Source of the DNA: Cyanobacteria bacterium P01_D01_bin.156
GTDB taxonomy: Bacteria > Cyanobacteriota > Cyanobacteriia > Phormidesmidales > Phormidesmidaceae
Assembly: GCA_039024555.1 (NCBI GenBank)
Contig: JBCCQQ010000025.1
Location: 12,903 to 76,902 of the forward strand
Direction of reading: 5' to 3'
DNA: 64,000 bases
Positions 27,993 through 37,950 of this stretch are shown piece after piece. Numbering within the stretch: position 1 is the stretch's first letter; each line of letters opens with the position of its first letter. The position numbers and the translations under genes were made by a program. Below the pieces are notes generated by a model. The model worked only from the letters and a program-made list of their open reading frames with translations. It searched no databases and was not told the origin of the DNA.

Positions 27993-28652
27993 CTATTCAG
28001 CAACAAGGGCTGGAGCATGAGGACTTTGGAAGGTGTGTTGCGCGTCGGGTTGCTGACAAGCCGCCATCGTTTTCACATGCTCCATCTCATCATCACGGAT
28101 GGCTACAAACACATCGTAGAGATTATCCACTTTAGGACGCCGTTCAGCGGGAGCCTGAGCGGTTTGAAACTCATCAAACATGTATAGATCACCATCTCTG
28201 TAATAGCTGATGGCTACCTGAGGAGCCGGTTGTGACTTGAGATCAGTTTCATCTGACTGGAGAAACTTGTCATAGCTAGCATAGGCATGCTCTTCAACCA
28301 TCTCCATAAAGTGGTAGGCGGCCCCTGGATTAACCACGTAGATGCCCACAATAATCCAGTAATAAAGCAGCGCCACATGGCGGGCCAAGAAGCGATCAAT
28401 CCAATGCTGACTGCCCCCTAGTTCTTCCATAATCAACAGGTGATGTAGCTCATTCCAGGATTCGGCAAAATGAACCTTCAGCCAATCCACCTTACGCCAC
28501 CAGCCTAAGGTCTCATATAAGTGCAAAACCGATAGATAAGAGAAATAGGGAACTCGGGCGACGGTTTCTAAGACATAAAACCGGGGATAGGGACGGTTTT
28601 TATAAACCGTATTAATAACAAAAACGAGAATCCCTACTAAAGCTTTGATCAT
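27993..28652 (-). CDS. ptox: Plastoquinol terminal oxidase (PTOX, alternative oxidase family)
   Basis: RFYVLETVARVPYF, ESWNELHH, EEHAY, IRDDEMEH di-iron ligands. Confidence 0.93.
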   Translation of the reverse strand: MIKALVGILVFVINTVYKNRPYPRFYVLETVARVPYFSYLSVLHLYETLGWWRKVDWLKVHFAESWNELHHLLIMEELGGSQHWIDRFLARHVALLYYWIIVGIYVVNPGAAYHFMEMVEEHAYASYDKFLQSDETDLKSQPAPQVAISYYRDGDLYMFDEFQTAQAPAERRPKVDNLYDVFVAIRDDEMEHVKTMAACQQPDAQHTFQSPHAPALVAE

Positions 28653-29298
28653 GGATTTTCTCCAAGAGGTGAAAGAGAAAGAAACGTTGCGCTTGACTGA
28701 CCATGAGTGTTGCGATGATCAGTCTAAACATATGGCTTATATCTCCATCAATCTAACGATTTCTCTGACAGATAGAGTAGGTTCTTGACATCTAGTAATA
28801 GACAACAATTCTGTTGTTAAAAAGAGAAGATTAATTTGGTATCAAACTAGTAACTTTTTCTGCGTCAAGAGAATTTATTTGGTTGTCCATGCTACGAATT
28901 CTTGACGAATTCATAGTCGTCTCGCAGTCCGAATCACACAGAGGTTCTAGCATTTGCTTTCCAGCACGACCACGGAAAACCCATAAGGCCGAACGCTATA
29001 TCTTTGATATACACTCCATACGTCATATGGAAGAACCATTTCAGCTCCATGGTTTCATCTGGAAGATGAAGCATATTGCTATCCAGTCTTCTGAACACGA
29101 CAGGGGCCGTTTTTGGAGCCCCCCATGCGTCATAGAACTCACAATTCGTTGCAGTTAATTTACGTTTTCCAACCAAAATGACTTCTGGACACCGTTCCAT
29201 CGAAAAATATTGAAAAACCTAGAGGGTTTCAGCCGAGCTATAGCTGTAACCTATAGCCTGCAGAAACCTTTACCCAAAGAAACGCTAGAAGACGACCT

Positions 29299-31284
29299 AT
29301 GGCACAATCCCCTACCTCACAGCCTGCAATCGAGTCGATTTTGCAAGAGCAGCGACTGTTTGAGCCCCCCGCTGAGTTTGCAGCTGCAGCGACGGTGTCT
29401 GGAGCCGATCAGTACCAGACCCTCTATGACAAAGCGGCTGCCGACCCAGCTGCATTTTGGGCTGAGCTGGCTGAGCAGGAACTGCACTGGTTCAAAAAAT
29501 GGGATACAGTCCTGGACTGGCAGCCTCCTTTTGCCAAGTGGTTCGTCGGTGGGCAGATCAATATTTCCTATAACTGTTTAGATCGTCACCTAGATACTCC
29601 CCGGCGTGATAAGCCAGCTTTAGTTTGGGAAGGTGAACCTGGTGATGCTCGCACCTTAACCTATGCCGAACTACACGCTGAAGTGTGTCAGATGGCAAAT
29701 GTTCTTAAGGATATGGGTGTGACCAAAGGCGATCGCATTGGCATCTATATGCCAATGGTCCCCGAAGCAGCCGTCGCAATGTTAGCCTGTGCCCGCATCG
29801 GTGCGGCCCACACCGTAGTATTCGGGGGCTTTAGTTCCGAAGCACTACGAGATCGCCTGAATGATGCAGAAGCGAAGGTGGTAATTACGGCTGACGGTGG
29901 ATTCCGTAAGGATAAGGCCATGCCCCTAAAGCCTGCAGTGGATGCGGCCCTAGAAGGCAATGCCGTTCCTTCGGTCACCAATGTGCTTGTCATCCAGCGG
30001 ACCAAACAAGATGTAGCCTGGACCGAAGGCCGCGACGTATGGTGGCACGATGTCCAACCCGGTGCTTCGACCGACTGTGCTCCAGAGCCCATGGACAGCG
30101 AAGACTTGCTGTTTATTCTCTATACCAGCGGTACCACCGGCAAGCCCAAGGGTGTGGTACACACCACTGGTGGCTACAACCTCTACACCCACATGACCTT
30201 CAAGTGGGCATTTGATATTAAGGAAGACGATGTTTACTGGTGTACCGCCGATGTGGGCTGGATTACGGGCCATAGCTACATTGTCTACGGTCCCCTATCC
30301 AACGGTGCCACCAGTGTGATGTACGAGGGCGCGCCCCGGAAGTCTAACCCTGGCTGCTTCTGGGATGTAGTCGAAAAATATAAGGTAACTATTTTCTACA
30401 CGGCACCCACCGCTATCCGCGCCTTTATCAAGATGGGGGATCAGCATCCCAACGCACGCGACCTATCGTCTTTAAGAATTCTGGGTACCGTGGGTGAGCC
30501 CATCAATCCTGAGGCGTGGATCTGGTACCACAAAGTCATTGGCGGTGAGAAGTGCCCCATCATCGATACCTGGTGGCAAACAGAAACCGGTGGCTTTATG
30601 ATTACGCCCCTGCCCGGTGCGATCGCAACCAAGCCCGGTTCTGCCACGAAGCCCTTTCCCGGCATCCTAGCGGACATCGTTGATGCCGAAGGTAATCCCG
30701 TTGGAGCCAACGAAGGTGGCTACCTGGTAGTGAAGCATCCCTGGCCTAGCATGATGCGCACTGTCTACGGTGATGATGCCCGCTTCCGCCGTACCTACTG
30801 GGAACACATTCCGCCGAAGGATGGTAAGTATGTGTACTTTGCTGGGGACGGTGCCCGTAAGGATGAAGATGGTTACTTCTGGATCATGGGCCGCACTGAT
30901 GATGTCCTAAACGTATCCGGTCACCGTCTTGGCACCATGGAAATCGAGTCGGCACTGGTGTCGCACCCGGCTGTGGCAGAAGCGGCTGTTGTAGGTCGTA
31001 AGGATGATCTCAAGGGTGAAGATGTCTTTGCCTTTGTGATTCTAGAAGGGACCCATACCGCTAGCGATGAGCTCAAGGCTGAGCTAAAACAGCATGTGGT
31101 AAAAGAAATTGGTGCGATCGCACGACCTGGAGAAATCCAGTTTGCCGATGGACTGCCTAAAACACGATCCGGAAAAATTATCCGTCGTTTTCTACGCAAC
31201 CTGGCCAGTGGCGAAGAACTCGTGGGGGATGCTACCACCATGGAAGATCAAAGTGTTCTTGAGAAACTACGCAGTGATTCTTAG
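29299..31284 (+). CDS. acs: Acetyl-CoA synthetase (AMP-forming)
   Basis: [45 protein letters not shown]. Confidence 0.98.
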   Translation: MAQSPTSQPAIESILQEQRLFEPPAEFAAAATVSGADQYQTLYDKAAADPAAFWAELAEQELHWFKKWDTVLDWQPPFAKWFVGGQINISYNCLDRHLDTPRRDKPALVWEGEPGDARTLTYAELHAEVCQMANVLKDMGVTKGDRIGIYMPMVPEAAVAMLACARIGAAHTVVFGGFSSEALRDRLNDAEAKVVITADGGFRKDKAMPLKPAVDAALEGNAVPSVTNVLVIQRTKQDVAWTEGRDVWWHDVQPGASTDCAPEPMDSEDLLFILYTSGTTGKPKGVVHTTGGYNLYTHMTFKWAFDIKEDDVYWCTADVGWITGHSYIVYGPLSNGATSVMYEGAPRKSNPGCFWDVVEKYKVTIFYTAPTAIRAFIKMGDQHPNARDLSSLRILGTVGEPINPEAWIWYHKVIGGEKCPIIDTWWQTETGGFMITPLPGAIATKPGSATKPFPGILADIVDAEGNPVGANEGGYLVVKHPWPSMMRTVYGDDARFRRTYWEHIPPKDGKYVYFAGDGARKDEDGYFWIMGRTDDVLNVSGHRLGTMEIESALVSHPAVAEAAVVGRKDDLKGEDVFAFVILEGTHTASDELKAELKQHVVKEIGAIARPGEIQFADGLPKTRSGKIIRRFLRNLASGEELVGDATTMEDQSVLEKLRSDS

Positions 31285-31325
31285 ATAAGAAGACTATTGT
31301 CTGATGACAAGGTACTGAAAAGTCT

Positions 31326-31375
31326 CAACATTGAAAGAGCCTTGACTGCTAGCAGTCAAGGCTCTTTCAATGTTG
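31326..31375 (+). terminator. Perfect 50-bp palindrome; probable (bidirectional) terminator of acs
   Basis: CAACATTGAAAGAGCCTTGACTGCT|AGCAGTCAAGGCTCTTTCAATGTTG followed by TTTT. Confidence 0.75.
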
Positions 31376-31467
31376 TTTTGATGATTCTTCCTTCGGCCAA
31401 CTCAACGGTCAAACTCCATGTGGCCTAGGGCAAGCGCAAACTTTCAAAATACTACTGCTACCGCAAA

Positions 31468-31695
31468 CTACTCTTCTTCGTAGATATTCATTAACCTCGG
31501 GTCAAAATCACTACTATCCACAGCTTCTGAAGGCCCTCCAAAGCTATCGATATCTTGAGTCCAAGCTTCGAACTGGGCAGCTTTACTCAGGGCAATATGA
31601 TAAGGAAGCTGACGAAATGTTTGTAACTTTCCAGTGTCTTTCTGGGACTTAGGATGTGAATTTGAAGCAGAAGGTGACGGTTTTAGTGGACGCAT
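31468..31695 (-). CDS. Small hypothetical protein
   Basis: 75-aa ATG ORF with basic N-terminal half and acidic tail; co-oriented downstream of 31942-33000. Confidence 0.45.
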   Translation of the reverse strand: MRPLKPSPSASNSHPKSQKDTGKLQTFRQLPYHIALSKAAQFEAWTQDIDSFGGPSEAVDSSDFDPRLMNIYEEE

Positions 31696-31837
31696 AAATT
31701 TGATTTTAAGGAGAACAATTTATTGTTGCCAGTCCTTATAAATTGGCAACGAGCTTATTTTAGAGCGATCAAACTAAAATGAGATGTGAGGTATATCACC
31801 CCAAATTAGGAAACACAAGCCTTAAACAGAGTTTGGT

Positions 31838-31911
31838 AGCAGTTAAGCAACGACTTCACGGTTTAAACCTAAAAAGCTTGTTAAGCCATGATTTAGAGGC
31901 ACAAGGTCATG
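31838..31911. repeat. Dispersed repeat, copy 1 (MITE-like remnant)
   Basis: 63/74 nt identical (hand alignment) to 56496-56569. Confidence 0.8.
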
Positions 31912-31941
31912 ATGCTGCCGTTGCTGATTTTTAACCAGTCC

Positions 31942-33000
31942 TTAACTATAACGATGCTTGTAATCGATATTCAACAGGAGATCTTCGTAATCCAAGGCAA
32001 GAAACCGATCGAGGGGCATATAAAGCCAACGTAGAGAAGAATTGGGATCAGATTTAGTAGCACGAAACCCTAAGTTAAGAGCCAAGTTCTCCGATCGAGG
32101 ATGAATCGCAATGGTGTAGATGTCGCTTAAATTAGGAAAATCATCACGCATCTTCTTCAACGTCCGATGAGAGTCCCTAATCAGCTCACAGGCTGTCTCA
32201 TAATTCCAAAGGTTTAACTGAATTTGCCAACTGCGCACAAATACCGCGTAGCAATCGGGATCACCTGTATTCGCAACTTTAATAGGATCTTCTTGATTGA
32301 TATTTAAACGACTGAGATGGACACTTAAACTTGGCGGCAGATCAAACTGTTCCTCAGAGTCAGGATGAGCTGGTAAAAAAGCTGCAAATCCAACAGGTTC
32401 TTGCGTTGAGCCACGTCTTAATACTCTTAACCCATCGGGGTACTCCCTAGCCCAGTGGCGCAAACCTTTTTTAATGTTGTAGAGCATCGATTCAGGGCGC
32501 TCGGGATCATAACTGTAGAGCTCTTCTAAAAAACTAGCCACCAGCGTGGCATCATTACGAGGATCAAAAACATCAGTAAAAAAAGTATCTTCCTCATTGG
32601 GCTGCGGTAACTCAAAACTTTGAGGAATGTTCAAACTCAGTCGAGTGGCAATGCCATCTGCTTCAATGCGTCGCAGCAGTTTCTTCTCCGCTAGCTTATC
32701 GACCATCTGGCCCGCTGCTCTCGGCGTACCTGAATTTTCGGTATAAAACAGATCAGCCGCATCACTGTGGGAACAGTAAAAACTGCTCACTTGCCGATCT
32801 AGGCGGGTAATGGGGGCCGCTTCCGCGCCATGATACATGATATAGCCGTAGCCCCACAGTCGTACAAAATAGAGCGCTTGTCGCCGAGTGACCTTCAACC
32901 CTTGCTGATGAACGATATGTTCAATGTATTGATTTTGTAGGTCTTGAGGGAACCATTCTTCAACGTTGCAAGGCGATATCTGTCTATCCATCGGCGGCAC
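31942..33000 (-). CDS. Hypothetical protein: predicted N-terminal winged HTH plus C-terminal GNAT-like domain
   Basis: FYCSHSDAADLFY..TPRAAGQMVDKLAEKKLLRR (wHTH-like); GLRVLRR..EPVGFAAFLP..AVFVRSWQI..IYTIAIHP..ENLALNLGF (GNAT-like order). The fold call is inference. Confidence 0.75.
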   Translation of the reverse strand: MPPMDRQISPCNVEEWFPQDLQNQYIEHIVHQQGLKVTRRQALYFVRLWGYGYIMYHGAEAAPITRLDRQVSSFYCSHSDAADLFYTENSGTPRAAGQMVDKLAEKKLLRRIEADGIATRLSLNIPQSFELPQPNEEDTFFTDVFDPRNDATLVASFLEELYSYDPERPESMLYNIKKGLRHWAREYPDGLRVLRRGSTQEPVGFAAFLPAHPDSEEQFDLPPSLSVHLSRLNINQEDPIKVANTGDPDCYAVFVRSWQIQLNLWNYETACELIRDSHRTLKKMRDDFPNLSDIYTIAIHPRSENLALNLGFRATKSDPNSSLRWLYMPLDRFLALDYEDLLLNIDYKHRYS

Positions 33001-33240
33001 ACTCTCAGAAGCAAAGAAGCATGTTTACTTCACCCTTACTTCATGCTACCTCATACTCCTTTTGGGTACCACCGATCACTTGCAGTCCCACCATAGTCTT
33101 GACCTTGACTACTGCATGCTCGTAGAAGCTGTTCAGCCAAATTGCTTAGGTTAGGAACTGTGATGAGTTGCATCAATCAATCTTGAATTCTGCCCCTAGT
33201 AATTCAGTGTTGTATTGCCGCTTATTCCTTCTACCGTTTT

Positions 33241-33930
33241 TTGGATAGGACTATGGTACTCAGTACTTGCGATCGCACGTTCCATGAGAATGAACTACTC
33301 TGTGATTCCCACATGGCCCAAGCCGTTAAGAATTTTGCCCCCACAGCAGACGATTTAGAATTAATTTTTGAAAGACTCCTTGGACAGTTTTTCCCATTTC
33401 GAGGCTTTATGGTATCCGATGTCAACGGGCATCTACTTCGCAGTACCACTAAAGCGAATGAGTTCTCTCTCTTCTTACACAAGGCATCCTTAGGGAATGC
33501 GTTTGGGTCACTCAATCCACAGGTTATTGAAGAAATTCCTGAAACTGTAGAAACCCTCTGCAATCTCCTGAGAGAAAGTTGTAAAGATTACCCTGAATAC
33601 AGCCTGCAATTATACGATACAGCATTCTTACCAGGAGGCATTCGTCTATACCTGAACGCGGAGTGGATTGACTTAATAGATCAACCCGAAAAATGCATTC
33701 TAGTGACCATTGAGGATTTAACCCAAGTCTCTCACCATCGAGCCATGTCCGATGCCTATCGCTACGGTCTCACCCCTAGAGAAACTGCTGTTTGGCAACT
33801 CTATCTACAGGGACTATCCTACAGACAGGTCAGTGCAGAGCTATTCATCAGCTTTAACACAGTTAAAAAACATATCAAAAACATTTTTTCGAAGTGCAAT
33901 ATTGCTTGTCGCTGCCGACATTTAGCCTAG
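33241..33930 (+). CDS. LuxR/CsgD-family HTH transcriptional regulator (start uncertain)
   Basis: C-terminal YGLTPRETAVWQL..QGLSYRQVSAELFISFNTVKKHIKNIFSK; PAS-like middle region. Confidence 0.9.
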   Translation: MDRTMVLSTCDRTFHENELLCDSHMAQAVKNFAPTADDLELIFERLLGQFFPFRGFMVSDVNGHLLRSTTKANEFSLFLHKASLGNAFGSLNPQVIEEIPETVETLCNLLRESCKDYPEYSLQLYDTAFLPGGIRLYLNAEWIDLIDQPEKCILVTIEDLTQVSHHRAMSDAYRYGLTPRETAVWQLYLQGLSYRQVSAELFISFNTVKKHIKNIFSKCNIACRCRHLA

Positions 33931-34507
33931 GTCCGGCAAATCATGCCAGCCATATGTCTAACCCCTCATACCAATCCAATAGCTTGATACATCGTCATTA
34001 TGAGGGGTTAACCAACCAAATCATTACTGGTTTATCGTGAGGCAAAACACATTGGACTTAAGATGAAGATCACAAGCATTAGCCCGTAACGTTTTAAGGT
34101 GAAGATGATTCCCTACATGAGAATCAACAAACCATATCCAAAAAGACTTTTTGGACATGGTCTCCGCACGCAGTTTTATGCTTACACCTAACTCCATGGC
34201 TGATCACTTTAACCACCATCCTCCAAATGTTATGGAAGTCCAATCTTCCATGTGCCATATTTTCCAACCTCAAAAACCCTTACCTATCGCCCGCTGGATT
34301 CTAGAAGAAGGCCAACTACTGGGCGTACTGATTGCCAAATCTCCTGCTCCCAGTTAAACCAATGGGCACCCATAATTCACAACATTAGCGATCGCTGCAA
34401 GCCTGAAATAACAGCTATGTACGTGGCAAACGCCTGCAGACATACAGCTGTTACCTCTACGTCGTTCAGAATTGGCATAATCTCAGCTGCCGGCAACAAC
34501 CAATAAC

Positions 34508-34540
34508 AAAAATGCTCTACAGCCGTTTGCCGTAGAGCAT
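34508..34540 (-). terminator. Terminator of the secreted-peptide gene
   Basis: Minus strand ATGCTCTACGGC-AAACG-GCTGTAGAGCAT-TTTT. Confidence 0.7.
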
Positions 34541-34615
34541 GAATATACAAACCTTGAGAAGATCTATTAAGAAAGTCTCATCAGAACGTTCTAACAACGT
34601 GCTGATGAGACAGCT

Positions 34616-34948
34616 CTAGTGAGAACAGGTTCCGCCAATGACTCCTCCTTCATCGTCATGCTCAGTTGCTTCAAACTCACCATCAGCAGCAATACAGTCT
34701 GAGATGGCATTATTACAATCAACATATCCTTGGCAGGTATATTCAGAACTGTCAGGATTAGCTTGTAGCACAGCGCGGCCTGTAGGGACAGTGGATTGAT
34801 CTGGCACTTGCATCTGTTGTTGTTCTGTTGTTCGGCGAGGCATGCGTTGTTGTGCAGACACATGCTGTGGAATCACCGCCAAAAGAGGTAGGATACTAGC
34901 TAACGTAGTAACAGCAATCGTTTTGGAATAAGCGTTAGAGAACATCAT
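34616..34948 (-). CDS. Small secreted protein with a 4-Cys C-terminal domain
   Basis: Sec signal (..ILPLLAVIPQHVSA|Q), Q-rich linker, YTCQGYVDCNNAISDCIAA...GGTCSH. Confidence 0.75.
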   Translation of the reverse strand: MMFSNAYSKTIAVTTLASILPLLAVIPQHVSAQQRMPRRTTEQQQMQVPDQSTVPTGRAVLQANPDSSEYTCQGYVDCNNAISDCIAADGEFEATEHDDEGGVIGGTCSH

Positions 34949-35279
34949 GGTAAGTTTTATGGGAGACAACTGAATTATTTCTGCCTCTCACTCACGAAAC
35001 CAAACAGCATTTTACGCAAAAAATTGAATTTTCTAGATCACCTGAGAAGCATCTTCCGTAGGTGATATGGGATATGGCTGTTATACATCACCACTATTCT
35101 GAGCAACGACCCATCTTGTGACCTATGGCGAAGATACATCAAGGCAATCTTGCGACTCTTCAGAAATTACGCCGTTGTTGATTTAGAGGATGAAGCCAGC
35201 TGTACACTCGTCCGGAGTTCTGGATTTGGCAGATAAAATCATTCCGAGGATCAGCAACGCCGAAATTACCGGACTCTGG

Positions 35280-36365
35280 CTAACCCATCATTTTTTGAAG
35301 CAACGCTGCCAATTGTTTCGCACTATCGCTCACCGCTAAACTCTGAGTAGCGATTCGCATACAAGCTAACTCTTCAGGTGTATCCATCAGAGTCAACACA
35401 CGATTTTGTAAGGTTTCTCCATTTAAGTCAGCCTGCCGATAGACTTTGCTTGCCCCAACAGTGCCAAAAGCGCTAGCGTTATACGCCTGGTGATCGTCAG
35501 CCGCAAACGGATAGGGAATCAAAATGGATGGAGCACCAGTCATCGCTAACTCTGTCAAAGTCCCAGCCCCAGCCCGACTGATAACCAGAGTGGCCTGTTG
35601 AAACATGGCCGCTACGTTATCAAAAAATGGCCGATGGATATAGTGGGGATGGGTCAGACTATCCATGTGAGGATCATTATTACCAGTTTGATGAATAATC
35701 CATGCACCGGCATCCAACCAAGCGGGTGCCGCTGCCCGCACTAACTCATTTACCGAGACTGCACCTTGACTCCCACCAACCACAACAATAAGAGGTACAC
35801 CCTCGGGAATCACCGGATCCGCAAGGCGATTCTGACTCTCTGAAAGAAACTGAGATCGCACAGGTGTACCCACCCACAGAGTTTTTGTCTGCTTCGGTAA
35901 GTACTGCTGGGTTTCCCTAAAGCCAATGGCCACGAGCGAACACCATCGACTCAGCCAACGAGTCACTTTACCTGGCATCGCATTGGATTCGTGAAGTACC
36001 GCTGGTAAGCCCAGACTACGCGCCGCAATAATAGCCGGAGCCGCAATATACCCGCCCGTCGTAAAAACACCACAGAAGCCCCCCTGCTGAAGCAAGCGAC
36101 GGGTAGCCAATGTAGCTTGAATAAACTGGGTCAAAATTTTCAGGGTTCCTAGGCCCAGTTTGCCCTGAACGCCCCCCATGCGAACCGTATGGAGGGGATA
36201 TTGGTCAGGCACAAGCTCTGTCTCCAAGCGATCCGGCACACCCAACCACTCAATCGCATTGTGGAGATGTTCAGCAGTTGCGATCGCAGGAAAAAGATGA
36301 CCACCTGTTCCACTGGCTGCAATTAAAAGCCGATTACCTTCACGATTTTTGTGTCTTTCGTCCAT
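35280..36365 (-). CDS. murG: Undecaprenyl-PP-MurNAc-pentapeptide GlcNAc transferase
   Basis: SGTGGHLFP, GGYI, HESNA, GGSQG, SRAGAGT..E, DHQ..NA. Confidence 0.97.
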   Translation of the reverse strand: MDERHKNREGNRLLIAASGTGGHLFPAIATAEHLHNAIEWLGVPDRLETELVPDQYPLHTVRMGGVQGKLGLGTLKILTQFIQATLATRRLLQQGGFCGVFTTGGYIAAPAIIAARSLGLPAVLHESNAMPGKVTRWLSRWCSLVAIGFRETQQYLPKQTKTLWVGTPVRSQFLSESQNRLADPVIPEGVPLIVVVGGSQGAVSVNELVRAAAPAWLDAGAWIIHQTGNNDPHMDSLTHPHYIHRPFFDNVAAMFQQATLVISRAGAGTLTELAMTGAPSILIPYPFAADDHQAYNASAFGTVGASKVYRQADLNGETLQNRVLTLMDTPEELACMRIATQSLAVSDSAKQLAALLQKMMG

Positions 36366-36639
36366 AATGTGAAAGGCCTTGCCTGTCCGTCTATCAATGC
36401 CTTTTTTGGCAAAATCAGAGGGTCCTTTAAGGGCGTTTTAATCTAGTTAGGTTGAGATGGTATGCAAGCAAAATTCGGAGATGAATTCGCCAAAAAGTAT
36501 TATCCGCTGAATCGGTACCGCCGTCACAGCATTTTTAGCGTCATTAAGTATATTGAATTGGCTCTAAGAATAGTATCTTTTAGCCAATTTACACAGGGTT
36601 CTAGCCCATCCTACAAAAACTATTATCGAGGACTTATCC

Positions 36640-37407
36640 ATGATGCATTCCTGCCGCTGGTCACTACTCTCAATCGGTGTGCTAGGAATGGGCATTTACA
36701 GTTTGCCTGCTCAAGCTGCTCCCCCCGAAACGGCCCCTCTATTTCTCGTCAATGCCCTAGAGCAAATTGAAACGGCTTCTAACACTCAAGACATTGAAGC
36801 GGTGATGGCCCTTTATGCCGATGACTTTACCAACAACGATGGATTTAACTATGCCACTCTAGAAGCAACACTGCCTCAACTATGGGAGCGGTACGACACT
36901 CTCAATTACCGCGTAGAGCTGCAGTCCTGGGAAGAAACCAGTAACGGCAACATAGTGGCTGAAACAGTCACGTATATTGAAGGTGTACAAACCACCCCCC
37001 GCCGTCTCAATCTAGAATCCGTAATCCGCTCCCGGCAAGAATTTCAAGATAATCAAATTACCTCTCAAGAAATCCTCTCTGAACGCAATCAGTTAAATTC
37101 CGCTAACCCTTCTCAGGAAATAGTAGTGATTTTGCCAGAGCAGGTAGCGCCAGAAGCAAGCTATAGCTTTGACGCCATTGTTCAAGAACCCCTAGGTGAA
37201 CGATATTTACTAGGAGCAGCTCTAGAGGAAGGGACTACGGCAGAAGACTTTTTTACCCCTCGCCCTTTAGATCTTGAACTGCTAGCAGCAGGTGGACTCT
37301 TTAAGTTAGGCGATGCTCCCGAGAGCGAAGATAATTTATGGGTATCGGGCCTACTGGTTCGGGAGGACAGCCTAATGGTGATTACCCGACGTTTGCGGGT
37401 CGAGTAA
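36640..37407 (+). CDS. Exported NTF2/SnoaL-like domain protein
   Basis: Signal peptide; DIEAVMALYADDF..DG; AGGLFK C-terminal motif. Confidence 0.8.
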   Translation: MMHSCRWSLLSIGVLGMGIYSLPAQAAPPETAPLFLVNALEQIETASNTQDIEAVMALYADDFTNNDGFNYATLEATLPQLWERYDTLNYRVELQSWEETSNGNIVAETVTYIEGVQTTPRRLNLESVIRSRQEFQDNQITSQEILSERNQLNSANPSQEIVVILPEQVAPEASYSFDAIVQEPLGERYLLGAALEEGTTAEDFFTPRPLDLELLAAGGLFKLGDAPESEDNLWVSGLLVREDSLMVITRRLRVE

Positions 37408-37478
37408 ATTTTTTCAACGCTGCTGAACCTCGAGATGAGCCGAGTTTTAACATTCCTGCTTTGAGGCAGCACATTGTA

Positions 37479-37868
37479 CTAGTTGCGGTGGAGTGGGTGC
37501 AGCCCATCCGGCGCGATCGCTCCCCACAGATTGCTATCCACAAATACAGTGTTAGCAATCGTGGCACCACTTAAATCAGCAGCTCGCAGATCTGCCCGCT
37601 GTAATGTTGCCGTCGTTAGATTAGCTCGGCGTAAATTAGCTCGGTGTAAATGAGCATTGCTCAGATTAGCACTAGTCAAGTTCACATCTCGCAGAATTGC
37701 CCATTCCAAATCAGTACTCACAAGACAAGCGTCCTTGAGGCAACTGTAACTAAGGTCAATTTCTGGCAGCTGTAAATGACTGAGATCGCAACCGCCCAAG
37801 TCTAGACCATGAAAGATTCGTTTTCCCTGCTGATATTGCTGAATTAACCACTGAAGGTTCGATTCCAT
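37479..37868 (-). CDS. Pentapeptide repeat protein
   Basis: YQQGKRIF N-cap; ANLSN/ANLRR/ADLRA/ADLSG repeats; GAIAPDG C-cap. Confidence 0.92.
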   Translation of the reverse strand: MESNLQWLIQQYQQGKRIFHGLDLGGCDLSHLQLPEIDLSYSCLKDACLVSTDLEWAILRDVNLTSANLSNAHLHRANLRRANLTTATLQRADLRAADLSGATIANTVFVDSNLWGAIAPDGLHPLHRN

Positions 37869-37905
37869 AATCCTTGCTTAAAAACTAGTAGGCTTACTTA
37901 TCTAC

Positions 37906-37932
37906 TAGTGATATCAGGCTCAAAGATGTGAC
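37906..37932 (-). promoter_or_regulatory. GTCACA-N16-CACTA promoter motif, copy 1
   Basis: Minus strand GTCACA tctttgagcctgatat CACTA; 37 nt before ATG 37868. Confidence 0.75.
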
Positions 37933-37950
37933 AGGAATCTTGATGCAGCG

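Noticed and set aside
28883..29200. Overlapping 91-aa (+) and 88-aa (-) ORFs between ptox and acs
   Set aside because: No recognisable motif and mutually overlapping in a divergent promoter region; neither can be supported without a homology search.
34151..34506. Short ORFs 34151-34357 and 34252-34506 in the island
   Set aside because: The segment PIARWILEEGQL looks vaguely like small cyanobacterial proteins, but the start and frame are unclear; possibly a remnant.
36462..36770. 102-aa ORF upstream of the NTF2-like gene, and similar nested or antisense ORFs in the track
   Set aside because: They overlap well-supported genes in other frames or strands and show no family motifs.
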